The position numbers and the translations under genes were made by a program. DNA of 63,126 bases, counting the filler, from Octopus bimaculoides (taxonomy: Eukaryota): assembly GCF_001194135.2 (NCBI RefSeq). It is 5 parts of 5 records of this genome, joined end to end, with 100 filler letters (N's around TTAATTAATTAA, not from the genome) between each part and the next. Parts side by side here need not be neighbours in the genome. Positions count along the whole stretch, not along the records: positions 19,758 to 27,263 come from NC_068981.1; positions 27,364 to 53,556 come from NC_068984.1; 3 more parts are not named here. The stretch is one strand, 5' to 3'. Of this stretch, positions 24,481 through 38,004 are shown piece by piece. How positions within the stretch are numbered: the first letter of the stretch is position 1; the number at the start of each line of letters is the position of its first letter. Below the pieces are notes generated by a model. It did no database searches. It was not told the DNA's origin and saw nothing but the letters and a program-made list of their open reading frames with translations.

Positions 24481-25259
24481 TCAAAGTAAGAAAACAAAAT
24501 AATNNNNNNNNNNNNNNNNNNNNNNNNNNNNNNNNNNNNNNNNNNNNNNNNNNNNNNNNNNNNNNNNNNNNNNNNNNNNNNNNNNNNNNNNNNNNNNNNN
24601 NNNTATATATATACTTGGAGTTCATCTGAATTGGTAATTTCTCTTATAATATCAGTGTTATTGTAATACACATAGTTCAACCAAACTACTACGAAATTAA
24701 GCAATTAAAGCTTTGCCCTCTCAGCACAATTTCAGTTGAGACATTTTAAGTCCTTTTGACAATTTCTCTCGGGTTTAACATCTTCGAACAGAACGGCAAA
24801 CTGATGCCATATGATTTAATGCACTAAATGGTATTACTGAACAAAAAGATTCAACTAGAGTTCTTCACGATAAACACTTTGTCTAATGCGTGCTCCATGC
24901 AACAGAAGCCTGTCACATCCACTTGTAGCATTTAATTCAAGTTTAATACTCTGGAACCGAAACGGAGTAGTAGAACCAGATCAAAGTCAGCTTGTCAGAG
25001 ATTTCAGGCCTGGATGCTCATTTTAGCCTTAATAGCCAGAATCTGATATTCGATCGCCAGTTCACGAAGGGCGGCCTATTTGAATATTTTGAGAGAAATG
25101 TCTAGCATATGGCAGTTGCATCTTCATCAAAAACGCATAGCTTATAACTTGAATCCCGGTTTCAGTTTTGAATTATCATCACTGGCTTTCAAAAAAATTT
25201 TCCTGACCAGAAATAGTTTTGATGCTATTACAAGCAGTACTATTGAAGGTTGTAGATTA

Positions 25260-25580
25260 GTGATTGTTAACCGGGGTCTATATGGCCCCTGAGGGTCCAT
25301 ATAAGATTTGGTGAGGGTATCTACACAACAAAATAGTAAATCGGAGATCCACAATAGTATTTCAAGGACCCCTGAAAATTGTTGCTTTAGATTGGTGTGT
25401 ATTGCAAGAAATAGCTAGATTTCTTTCTCTAACATTTTACATTGTTCAACCTACACAAATCAAAGTTTGAAAAACGATATATGAATTTCGAAAGAAGTTT
25501 CTATAAAACTAGATTTTAGACATCGAATGGCTATGGGGGTCCACCAGAAGGAAATAGTAATCAAAGAGATCCATAGTTTT
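25260..25580. mobile_element. hAT-Charlie-like MITE, decayed
   Basis: Starts TAGTGATTGTTAACCGGGGTC (CAGTGGTTCTCAACCGGGG-like) with GGGGTCCA sub-repeats; right TIR missing. Confidence 0.55.
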
Positions 25581-26184
25581 GGCAATAAATAGTGAGTACA
25601 TTAGTTCCACAAACCTAGGAAAAACCTTGAAGAAGGCAATACGTTTTAGATGGATTTAATGAGAAGTAGCCAGCAGTAGGCTGTTTATTTACTTTTCTAG
25701 ATTTCATTGAGCCACTTCAAAATTGGAGAGCTTATTTCTTTGAGCCTTCACAGAAATGCGATCCTAGTGTAAGATATTGCGACCCTTGGATCAACCATAA
25801 TTGTCATTATGTTTCCTTTAATATCATTTATTTCCTTGGCCATTTTAAAAGTAGAAGTTAGGGCTATCAGAGTTTGAGAGTATTGAGGAGATAAAGGAGG
25901 TGGTTGCTTATAACCATTTTTATAACTTTTAATATGTTGTGAGTGCGAGGGTGGGGATTAGAGAAGTTTCTTTATATTTGAGAAGGAACTGTGTGTTTCC
26001 ATAGATTGCAGAAATATGCTTATAAAGATAGGTGGTCGGAAATGTTTCGTAAAGATAGAAGCGATTATCAAAGAATTTGGGACAAGATTTTTGACCTATA
26101 TACAATGGTATATTTTTTATTACAAAATAATTCAGGGCGATGGTTTCTTCGTTGGAATATAAAGCGTTGGAACGAAAACGGACG

Positions 26185-26390
26185 CTCCGAGGAATAGGGC
26201 TATGGATTCTGCCAATCCATCGCCCTAACCCTCAGGCGCTTTATATTCAGTATTCAAATTCCACCGAGTTCAACATTGCTTGTCAACGATTTGAGGTCAA
26301 TAAAATAAAGTACCAGCGAAGTACTAAACTCGATTAAATTGACTAATATCTCTTCATAATCCTTGTACTGGTGTTAGGAAACAATTATTA
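26185..26390 (+). mobile_element. SINE family A-related, old copy
   Basis: TTCAAATTCCACCGAGTTCAAC..GAGGTCAATAAAATAAAGTACCAG core. Confidence 0.6.
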
Positions 26391-27363
26391 CAAAATAATT
26401 TGGAAGAGTTGATCGGCCGAAACGTTAAAGCGTCGTACAAAATTCCTTGAAGTATTTTATCTGACTCTTTACGTTCAAATCTCGCCGAAGTTAACTTCGC
26501 TGGTCATCAGTCTGAGAGGTGACAAAATAATGTACCTGTAGATTACTGGAGAACCGATTTGATTGGTTAGTTCCTTCTTACAAATTTCATGGCTTGCTAT
26601 GCTAGAGATAGTTATAAAAAAAAGTATATCCCGGAATAAATTATTCAATGCTTACTTCCTTTTAAATACTGTGATTTGAGAGATATTTAGTTGTTATTTC
26701 TCGCAGATCAATAAACCATATGTATCCGTCAGAGTACCATCATCTTAGTAGTAAAGAAGGCCATTTTCACTGAATGGATTATGAAATATTATGGTGGATG
26801 CTATGGCTGAATGGATAATATACTGGACACCAGCTCACATAATACGATTTTAAATCTACTGCAGGCATTCCCTCGAGTCATTAGGTTAGATAATTAATTT
26901 TTGCATACTTCAATTCAATTAATTGTTGAAAAGAATTAAAACTGTCTGCCTTAGACATAGAACAACGGAAGGGGCAACCTACACTATATCGGACTCATCG
27001 TGATAGAATGATTGGAAATGTCAGCGTTAGTGACAGACATGGCGGTGATGGAGGAACGCGGTGATGATAAATGGACGTGGTTCTAGAGGAGCGACAGAGG
27101 CTGGTACAGTGACAGAGATATTGGTGGTAGTGATGGTGGTGGTGGTGGTGGTGGTGGTGCTTGTGGTGGATGGATGTGGCGTTGATAGATGCAGGAGGCT
27201 GGTATAGTAGTAGAATGATAGAGGTTGTAGTGTTGGTGCTGAGTGAAACGGTAGCCAGATGATNNNNNNNNNNNNNNNNNNNNNNNNNNNNNNNNNNNNN
27301 NNNNNNNTTAATTAATTAANNNNNNNNNNNNNNNNNNNNNNNNNNNNNNNNNNNNNNNNNNNN

Positions 27364-27596
27364 GGCACATAAAAGACACCATTTCGAGCGTGGCCGTTTT
27401 CGTGCGGGTGACACGTAAAAGCACCCACTACACTCTCTGAGTGGTTGGCGTTAGGAAGGGCATCCAGCTGTAGAAACTCTGCCAAATCAGACTGGAGCCT
27501 GGTGTTGCCATCCGGTTTCACCAGTCCTCAGTCAAATCGTCCAACCCATGCTAGCATGGAAAGCGGACGTTAAACGATGATGATGATGATGATGAT
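27364..27596 (+). mobile_element. SINE family C (OK-like, RTE-type (GAT)n tail), young copy
   Basis: GGTTGGCGTTAGGAAGGGCATCCAGC..CCCATGCTAGCATGGAAAGCGGACGTTAAACGATGATGAT; near-identical to 43141 and 53381. Confidence 0.9.
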
Positions 27597-29040
27597 AAAT
27601 GTATTCAATATATGCACATGTATTTGGAATTCACCTACACACTTCACTCTATCTCTTTACTAAATCTCTTTATTCTTTAACTTTCTAAGCCACATCCCTG
27701 GATAAATCTCTGGAAACTTCCCACCAACTACAACCAGGATGTTTTTCAATAATAAAATTCCCACAGGTTTCATTCTCACTCTCTTCAAGTGGTTTGTTTT
27801 GATGGTTGCCCTTCTGCCTGACTAACCGGATGTAAATTTGTCTCTCCAGTACAAAATGTCTCTCTTTTGGCAAAATGATTGTTTGGTCCCACTACAGGCT
27901 CAATTCTGACCTTGCACGACACTGTCCAGAGGAATTGGTTGACCAAAACACGGTTCTTAATTGAAAATGTTGTAGTGAAATCAAACACATACTGTACCTC
28001 CTCCCCCGCCCTACTGTCCCCAACCCACCCATACACAAATACACAGCAAACACTTTCATATGTGGGTGTGTGTATGTAAGAGAATAGAAGAGTGTGTGTG
28101 TGTGTGCGCGTCTTATTTTTTTACTTGTTTCAGTCATTGGACTATGACCATACTGGGGCACAACCTTGAAGATTTGTTGTTCTGGTGGCACATAAAAGCA
28201 CCCATTACACTCGCAGAGTGGTTAGCTTTTCTATCGAATGGCAACTAATTAGTACTGCTAGCCTTATTAAGTAGGGAGAAATAGATGTGACTTATATGTG
28301 GAAGAACTTTGCTCAATGTTTTCATCAAAACCCACATTAATTTAAGACAAGACACAAACAAGCCCCAAGATGTTTACACAAACACAGTTGAACCTTTAAG
28401 AGATATAGGAATAATTCTAGACAGCCAACATCCCAGCAACAATTCATCTCAGCTTCTGAAATGAATTGATAAACCCACATATAACATCCAAACATACATC
28501 TTTTTTACCTCTGATGAAATTACACTCATATCACATAAACATAAATTTAATGCACAAATTTGTAATTAAATTATTGTGTATTAATTGAAAGAAGCGAAGA
28601 TGACCAATTTGTGGTTAATAATAAACAATTATTAACTTCCTTATCTCCATTTTCTTTTCTTCTTTTAAATGGATATAAGCTATAAGCTTTATATGTACCT
28701 ATTGTTTTAAGGGAATTTCATTCTCCCCCAAAAGACTAGGTATTGAACCAGTATTTTCTTGGATGTAACCATCCCTTTATGAGGTTAATATATCCTCTAA
28801 TTAAATTTATATATATATCTATGTTTTTGTGTCTCTGTTTGTTCCTTACCACCTCTTGACAACTGGGGTTGGTAAGTATACATCCCCATAAGTTAATGCT
28901 TTGACAAGAGACCAATAGAATAAGGACCAGACATTTAAAAAAAATTACTGGGATCGATTCCTTCGACCCAAGATTCTTCAAAGCAGTGCCCCAGCATGGT
29001 TGCAGTCTAATGACAGAAAAAAGTAAAAAACAATATATAC

Positions 29041-29075
<35 letters not shown>

Positions 29076-29170
29076 CACATACACACACACACAAATATAT
29101 ATANNNNNNNNNNATATATATATATATATATATATACATGCACATACACACACACACAAATATATATATA

Positions 29171-29383
29171 CATATAAGAGGGATGACCACTAAGTGGACA
29201 TCCATTAGGCTAGAAGAAGACCACCTATGGTCTTTATATTTTGTATCTTTTCATTTGTCTTGCTCGCTTATGTTCTGGCATTTGCTGGATTTTCTTCAGA
29301 ACAATCTTTTCTTAGTGGTCAGACCATATGTGGTCTTTTTCTAGCATAATGGATGTCCACTTAGTGGTCATCCCTCTTATATG
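29171..29383. repeat. fold-back palindrome (~63-bp arms, ~85-bp spacer)
   Basis: CATATAAGAGGGATGACCACTAAGTGGACATCCATTA.. pairs with ..TAATGGATGTCCACTTAGTGGTCATCCCTCTTATATG. Confidence 0.92.
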
Positions 29384-29799
29384 TATGTAATATATTTTTT
29401 CTGAATCTTCAGATTTTTCAATATGCTAGGCCAGTTTTTAAATTGATATTAATTAAATTAATACTCAAATTTTCACCCTTATTATTCAAATTTATATACA
29501 TATATATATATTTCTACATTTAGATAGATAGATAGATAGATAGCTACATACACGTACACATACATTTACGTATGATTCTAAAAGTGCATGTGGAAGAAGA
29601 AGAAGAAGATCTAATTTTGGCAATAAATGAATAAACGATGATGAAGAATCACCATTCCATGTCAGTCAGTGATCTAAGTAAAGAATTGCGTTCTTTCCTT
29701 CTGACTAAGTTATTTAAAGTCTAAACTTGTGTCTACTGCTACAGTTGCTGACGTCACAACACAATCCGATGATAATAATAATAATAAGAGGAAGAATTC

Positions 29800-29960
29800 T
29801 TTCTGCTGTCGGCACAAAGCCTGAAATTTTGAGGGGAGGGAACAGACGATTCCATCAGCTCCAGTTGTCTGCTGGTGCTTTATTTTATCGACCCCCGAAA
29901 GGATGGAAGGCAAAGTTGACCTCGGAGGAATTTAAATTCAGAACATACGAAACAACCCGG
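29800..29960 (-). mobile_element. SINE family A copy
   Basis: ATTTTATCGACCCCCGAAAGGATGGAAGGCAAAGTTGACCTCGG. Confidence 0.8.
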
Positions 29961-30306
29961 AACCGGAAGCTATGAAATTAAATCTCTCAGTATCCGGTCA
30001 GCCACGCCCTCGTTAAGACCGACCGGTTTTGAATCGCGTTTTTTTTGTCAAAGTAAGTTGTTCTGGAAATCTTTAAACTTAAGATTATTTTTTGTATTTA
30101 TTCTTTCTTTGTTTTGATGTCTGATACATGAGTTTATAGATTTCATTTGTCTACTTTCTGCAAATCTTCTTTCTTTACTCCCTCCCCCCCATCTTCTAAT
30201 ATACAATGAAACACACACTTGCCTCTCCTCTACTTTATTGTTTGTTGTCTTTTTTTTCCCCTCCCTCACACAGATGTCTTTTTAATCTATCCTATTGTTA
30301 AAGGAG

Positions 30307-30344
<38 letters not shown>

Positions 30345-32989
30345 ATGCTGTACTTGCTTGGTTTCGGAACGAAAAGGCATTTGTAACTGGAAAAAAAAAA
30401 TACAAACTAGCGAAAACATGAAACCCTAATTATATAGTTAACAGCCTGTTATAATAAACATAGTTTATCATAATTTGTTTTCATGTAATATATTAATATG
30501 TGTCAATATTTCACTGTCGATACAAGTTGCTCAGTAATAAATTTCTGTGTCAAAGACTTCAATAGGCACCACAAACATTTTGACGCACAAAGATATGGTC
30601 CTACCACACACACATATATATATAAATATATACACGCACCACACAATGTTTGTCCGTATACATCGGAAGAAATGTTTTCTTTACCCTCGAGGAAAGAAAA
30701 AAATGCATTCTCTATTGATAAACTGTAATCATAACGAGAAAGACGAGAAGAAAAATGAAACGTTCATTTCGTGAATGAATGACGAAGAAGAGCTTTGTTA
30801 GAAATGTATTTTGTTTTCTTTTAAACTTCGATAAATTTATTTCCATTAAACATAATTTATTCTCTTCATGAATATAATATGTAGGCATACTTTCGGTCGG
30901 TATACCCCTTAGGACTCAAAATTCGATCATATGGACGAAAATATCCTTAATATATATATTCGTCACAACCTGCTTATATATATAATATATATATATTCAT
31001 CTTAGGTAGTTTATATATCTATTTATATATGTTTTGACAATCGTGAATCTGTATATATGAACGGTAACATTCATGGCGAACCTTGTAGCCTGAGTTCACT
31101 GAGATCAAAGTTCACTCTTAAATCTGATCGATTTATTATTTAAGTATGTGTATCTTAAATGTTTTCTTCTTTCCATTTGCAAGAACCTGCTTCCACTTGC
31201 CATCATCAAATTTATTACCTTACCCTCTTCCCGAAACGCATGACCACCACTTAGTCTTATTTCTTTAGAATTTCTCTTTTTAATCAAACCGAAAAATCTT
31301 ATTAAAAGTAAATAGTTTCCTGTTTCTTCTTTTTCTCACCATGTTTACTCGTTCCTTGTTTTGTTTCTTTCATTTAATATTTTCTTCCTTTTTACCCGTC
31401 TATTTCTTCGTTTCCAAATATGGTTATTTATACCACTCTTACCAACCACAAACCATGTAAATCATCATCGAAATTCCACCCATTCCCTCTTATTTCATTA
31501 TTTTCTTTTTATTATATTTCCTCACTTCGTTTCTCTTATCTCTCTTAACCCAGTTATCTCTTCTCACCCACTCCTTGGTTGTCAAATATTTTTTCACGAA
31601 TGTTATACCACTTGTCAAGTAATGCCAGTACAATGCTCTTATTATGTATGATGATCATAGTGGTGGTCGTGTTATTTTTCTTCTTTAATAACGTGAATAA
31701 TAACTCCATTTATAATTAGTTGATATATAAGCATTACTTCTTTGAATGGCCAGTTTAATATATGAACTTTATATATTCCAATTAAAAATTCCTCGAAGAT
31801 TATGTAATACGTAAATAAATCGTTAATTTATGTTTCGAATCTGTTTAAATTGCTAGGGACAAATGAGGGCTGCATTCCTTTCCACTGTCACCTTTCGTTT
31901 ACAATATCAATTCTGTGGTAAACAGTATTTAAAAAAAAGTGTTAACATTGAACAAATCTGAGGTCTACCTCAGCCATTCTTCTATCTCTACCTTCTGTAA
32001 TTCTCTAATTTCAGTGCCTTGTATAAAGAGGGGGGAAAATCAATATTGAAAATGGGGTTCGTTCAACTCAAATATTTTCGAGTAAATTGTTTATTTAGGA
32101 ATAAACATTCCACAGAAAATATTTAGTGAAAGTCACTGTTTCACGTCACTGAATCTAGGATAGTGTAGATAAATAAATTGGAAAACTGTAAAGAAATATT
32201 TTGTAACGACAATAGTCATGTAATTTTCCCTTTATGTTAATGTATGAAAGTGGGTTTAAAATTTAATTTCGTTATATAAAACGCAATCACTGGTACTTTA
32301 TTGTTAAATTTGAATTTGGTGTAGAAAACATGTGGCCTACCTATTATTAGAAGACTATATTTTATAGAAAATGTTTCATCGTTTTATTTAATTTCCATAT
32401 AAGTATTCAAATCCTGTGGTGTTAGGCTACACCCTCACCCAAAACTATGACCTTGTTTTTAATGTAAGCAAGTGTTAATATGTTCATTAGTATCTCCATT
32501 ACAGAACTACTACTACTACTACTACTTTGGAAACTAAAATTCCGGACAAAATAGTTTATCGTATTTAGTTATGGTTCTTTACATTCTGAGTTCAAATCCC
32601 ACCAAGATCAACCTAGCCTTTCATCTCTTTTGGGAGAGGGGGAGATCAATAAAATAAAGTATGTCTAACCCCCTCTTCAAAGTTGGCCTTGTGACTGAGA
32701 AATTATCTTTGCAAGTAATCTGCCTTTTGCTTTAGTTCAATATTAAATTTAAATGTCCTAAGATCTCGTCCTATTGTTGTTTTTTTTTATTCTCTTCATG
32801 TTCTTTTATGTATTCATTTTTATTTGTTATTTCACCTGTTTTATTTTTTGTAGCGAAATGTTTTATTTGTTGTCTTCGTAGGAAATACAAAATGATCGGG
32901 CAACCCCTACACTTCTCTTTTAAAATACCTAAAAGGTATATTTCTTCTATCACCGTCTTCGATTTCCCCATAAAAGTGAAATAATGTCC

Positions 32990-33185
32990 TTTGCTCAGCA
33001 GAATCGTTAGCAAGCTGGACAAATATTTAGCAACATTTCCTCGGGTTTTTACGTTCTAAGGTCGACTTTCATCCTTTCGGGGTCGATAAAATAAGTACCA
33101 GCTGAATACTGGGGTTGATGTAATCGACGAACCCCCTACTCCAAAAAACTTCAGGCCTTGTGCTTATAGTAGAAAAGATTATTAT
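32990..33185 (+). mobile_element. SINE family A copy, CpG-intact
   Basis: GTCGACTTTCATCCTTTCGGGGTCGATAAAATAAGTACCAG..CAGGCCTTGTGC. Confidence 0.85.
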
Positions 33186-34113
33186 TCATGTGTTTACATA
33201 TTTTGTAGATCTTTATCTCCTTTTCCTTTTCTTTCTCCACATTTTTTGTAATCCCCCCCCCCCCCCACGATACCCTCCACAGTTTTATAGATTGTCCTTC
33301 TAAATATCCTCCTCATCAATGTCTCTGTGGCAAATAAAAAAAAATCATCATCATTATTGGTACTTGTACTAAATGATGCTAGTAGTTCAACAACATGAAG
33401 CGGTTGAACCCTAATTTATGACCCCTATTTTCGTACACCATATTTTTGTGACCCCCTTCCTCTGCCACTGACTGAAAATATAATAATGCTTCAAAGATGA
33501 TTTCTCAAAACTCCAATTATTCGAACGAATAAATATTTACATCTTTGTAATGATGATCCGGTGCTAATCTTTTACTACAACCGGCACCGGTTAAATATCC
33601 CTCTCCCCTCTCTCTCTCTTTGTCTCCCTTTTTCTCTCACTACTACTACTTCTCTACTTTCGTTTTCCGATCTACGGATTGTTATTTCCTTTGTTGTTTT
33701 ATTAAGCCGCTTTTATATATAAAAGAAAGGGGTCACTGATTAGTTGGAGAAAGACAGAGAGAAGAATCCTTTGGAGACGAGAAAATCATTTCCATTCAGT
33801 TGTTGGCAGTTCTTTGATCGTATGTATCTCTACTCTAATAGTCTTTTAATCATTATTTAAGGTGACGTACATTGGTACTGCTTCGAATGTTGGATAACAT
33901 CTTCACTGTATAATATATATTAAAAATGTATTCATAATGTATTTGATACATTATATTCAATAATATGTAACTAGGTATGCAATGAAATATATATTGTATA
34001 TTTCGAGTTGTGGTCCAGTTGAAATTCTTGTATCTTCTTGTTTATATATGTATATATATAAAATATGCTTTATTTTACTGAACTCACATTTGTCGTTCAC
34101 AAGAGAATCCATC

Positions 34114-34161
<48 letters not shown>

Positions 34162-36023
34162 ATAATATAAGCCAGGGCTTAAATAACCTTGTATATTTGC
34201 TGAAACTTAGTATTCTCCCCCCCNNNNNNNNNNTTCTTTTTCATATTTTAATCTTGAAAGGATCATCAGAACTTTTAAAGTGAACTTTTTATTATTAATA
34301 GAAACTGTTATATATTTTGTGTAATACAATCTTACGTGTTTTTGTGTCGATTCGTTTTTTGTTTTGTTGACATACAACTAAATGCACTTTTACTCCATAT
34401 TAATAGTTATTATTGCAGAGACAGCATTTGGCTTCTGCAAGAAAACAATACAGGAATTTATTTTGTTTTGTTATACGGAATTAAAATTGTCTTCGGTATG
34501 GAGAAGATATTGTGTTGTGTGTAATAAATATTCGTAAATATTCTGAACATGAACGAACAATAAGCTTGAAGGAGATATAAAGGCTTACTTAAAACAATGA
34601 TATGGACGTTAGTTTTGAAATCCGTCTCATCTGCCCTAATTATTTATTCGTATTACATTACTTGGTATCACTATTCCATTTCAACTCTCTTGAGATTACT
34701 GGTTTTATTTTTAGGGGCTTCTTATGTTGTCGTCTCCCTACTTTTCGTTTCAGCAATTAAACTTGTGTTCATTGTTACATGTAGAGGTTTCCATACTCTG
34801 TGTCTATGTGGTTAATCGATCTCTTTTTATTTATTTCCATTTTAAAGCTTAAAGCGGAATATAAGATTAAAGTCTAAGAAAGTAAAAACAAAAAAGTATC
34901 TGAGGAAATTTTGAAATAGTTCTGAAGTCCCATACCTTGTGAGTCAAGGAAAGGGTAGTTTTCTTTTTCTCTCTCTTGACACCCCACTCACCGCACTTTC
35001 TAAAATATTTGCTGTGTTTCACACAACACAAATAATCTTATAAATTTTTTTCCCCATTTTCCCCTTAATGTTCATCTTTCCATTCCTTTCGAGCCGTTTT
35101 CCTTTCCCATAGGTTATGGGATATACAGCAAAGGACAGCTGTTCCTAAATTCTACCAAATCTTCTAAATATTGTTTCTTGATGATGAACGTATTTTTTTA
35201 TGCAGTGTAAAATAATTTCAGTTATGTTTTATGGTTTGTTACAGGACGAAGGACTGTCCATGACTCCTCCTCCTCCTCCTCCCCCCCCCCTCCATTTTTG
35301 CAGGGTCTCCAAGACAGGTTGGTGAGGAAGGAAAATCTTGATGTCCTCAAACTGGACACCTAGTCCTCAATGCTTGCAACATAATTACCTCTGCCACTTT
35401 ACTAAAACCACCCATTGAACGCCAGGTAGGGTTAAATCAGGCCACATTAAGTTTACCATCTATGTTTAGTTTTATAAGTAGGTATCACTGGTCAGTTCCT
35501 TACAGGGCAAGTTATACTTTGTTCTTCTTCATGCAAGAAGAATTATCTTGTTCAGAGCTACTTAATTTTGGACTCGTATGAGCATGTCTTTTACTATGGC
35601 ACTAAGTTGACCAAAGTCTTGTGAGTGGATTTGATTGACAGAAACTGAAAGAAGCCTGTTTATATATATGTGTGTGTGTGATTGTGACTCTTTTGTTTTG
35701 ACTTTGCACGATTGTTATAAGTATGTCATTGTCATAAAAGCAGTCTTCTTTCATTTCTAATATTCTGCAAAAAAAATATGCCAGGCCATGAAGAAATATT
35801 ACCTTGCTTGGAATCAGGAGACAGTTGGCAACAAGATGGGCATCCAGTTGTAGAAAATGTCTCAAACTTTGTCTAAACCCACACAAACATGAAAAAGGTG
35901 ACATTAAAATAGTGATGGCTTTATGTATACTGACACCTACATACATCAACCTGTGATCAGTCAACTGCCACATCATACATTAGCATACATCACTCTTTCT
36001 CTCTCTCTCTCTCTTTCTCTCTA

Positions 36024-36061
<38 letters not shown>

Positions 36062-36554
36062 GACCAACATTCGTGTCAAGATTCTTATGTCATGCTTGGA
36101 CAGTTTCATCAATGTCTTGTCAATGTAATCTCCTGACTCTCCAGGCTTATTAAAGCATCTCAATTTACAAAACAAAATAAATCACTTGATTCAGTTCATG
36201 GGAAGATTTTCAGATCTGAATTAGAGTCAAGACAACAAATCAAAAGACTGCAGCTAAGAAACAAGCAAGGGAAATATTGCTGACCACTGGTGAGGTTTGT
36301 CTTTTATATCTTTCATCGTATTTTAGTTCAGATTAGATGGTACCCCACCATCTCTTTGTAGAATGGCATTCCCATTTGGTTTCTAACCTTTGATCTTCCT
36401 GTACCCTTGAAAAAAAAAAAATTCTTAGTTTGGTGAGTTTGTACTGTTATCTTTTACTGGTTTCACTTGTTGGGTTGCATCGCCTTCAAGTCAAACGTGT
36501 CAATGCCAGTTCTTTTTTTTTCTTATTCAGCACTTTTCATCATCGAACTGCTTG

Positions 36555-36790
36555 CCATGCTGGCATGGTTTGACTGAGGACTGGCAAGCCAGGAGGCTGC
36601 ACCAGGCTTCAATCTGTTTTGGCAAGGTTTCTACAACTGGATGCCCTTCCTAATGCCAACCACTCCGAGAGCGTAGTGGGTGCTTTTTACATGCCACCGA
36701 TACGAGTGCAGTCAGGCAGTACTGGCATTGACCACGCTCAAATGGTACTTTTTACGTGCCACTGGCATGAGGGTCGTTACCATATTTATA
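36555..36790 (-). mobile_element. SINE family C copy
   Basis: CTGGATGCCCTTCCTAATGCCAACCACTCCGAGAGCGTAGTGGGTGC. Confidence 0.8.
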
Positions 36791-37667
36791 TTAAAATATC
36801 CTACTTTTGTTTCAATTGATTTTTTTTTAAATAATGAAAAATTTATTAAAATAGCTTTCGTTATGTTTCGTTTGTAACATAAATTAACAAGAAATTTTGA
36901 TGGCAGGTTTTTAGATGATTTTAAAATAGGTGGCAGTATTAAAGGGGTCAAAGTTTTGTTCTTATTGGTTTCCTTCACTGAACTGCTAAGTTAAGGGAAT
37001 GTAAACTAATTAGCACCGATTGTCAAGCTGTAATGGGACACACACACATGAACATATGTATAGTCTAGCCCATACCAACATGGAATATAAATGTTAAAGG
37101 ATGATGATGATGATGATATATATGGCAAGCTTCCACATAGTTTCTTTTCTGTCTACCAAATTTCTTTGCAAGGCATTGGTTGGTTCAGGGGCACCTAGGG
37201 TGCTGCAATGGGATTGGACCCAAAAGTGAGCTTCTTAACCACAACCATGCCTGCACCTATATATATATATGCAACCCTCCTTTAAATATGTTACTTGTCT
37301 CTCTTCATCTGTTGTTTGTTTCTTGTGTAATGGTGGTTATACAGTTTTATATTTTTGCACAACATGGATTATGCTCCTCCACCTTCATCCTCAAATAATA
37401 AGTAGTTGTTTTGTAGAAAAACGAAAGCCTTTCTACTCCATTCACACACCTACTTTTCTTTCTTTCTTTCTCTCTGCAACATATGGTGAAGAAGTGATAA
37501 AAAATAATCTGTAACAATTCTGATTTGACATTTCCTTTCCACAATGACATGGGATTGGTCTGTCTAGAACAACTCTTTGAGGGTTTGTTGACTCAGTTGG
37601 GTGAAGTACAGCATATAATGTTCTCTTGTTTCTCTTTTGGTAAAATTTTCAGGTTGGTGCCTCTACA

Positions 37668-37714
<47 letters not shown>

Positions 37715-37990
37715 ATAGTGTTATTTTTACTGACTGCATTACTGAGTGCAGCTGTGTGCTGTAGTTTGGGTGTTTTTATTGCATTGAAAGTACTCTACAT
37801 ATGATGTGTGTGGTACCTAGCAGTGCTATTTTCTGAAAGCTGCCTATATTGGTAAATTCTGGGGTTTTCGTTGTCTGTCTCCATTTTGTTTTAATCACAT
37901 CCAAAGCACCTTCTTCGGATGAATTCTTTCTGCCTCCAGGTTCCAGATCTTCACGTTCTGAGAGTTTCTCCAGTTCTTTTAGAGTTACAT
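37668..37990 (-). mobile_element. R4/Dong-like RLE retrotransposon 3' end ending in (TAA)n
   Basis: Minus strand GALDVIK...GSFQKIALLGTTHIICRVLSMQ* (QKIALLGTAHILR motif); the 3' UTR runs into the (TAA)n array at ~37668-37692. Confidence 0.8.
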
Positions 37991-38004
37991 TGTTTATTCT
38001 TTTC

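Noticed and set aside
27000-27263. GGT/GAT-rich stretch as a possible Gly- or His/Pro-rich CDS
   Set aside because: Low-complexity trinucleotide repeat with stops in the frames, ending at a scaffold linker.
36205-36292. Possible plus exon VKTTNQKTAAKKQAREILLTT|GTGAGG
   Set aside because: Poor acceptor with an in-frame stop just upstream; no recognisable homology.
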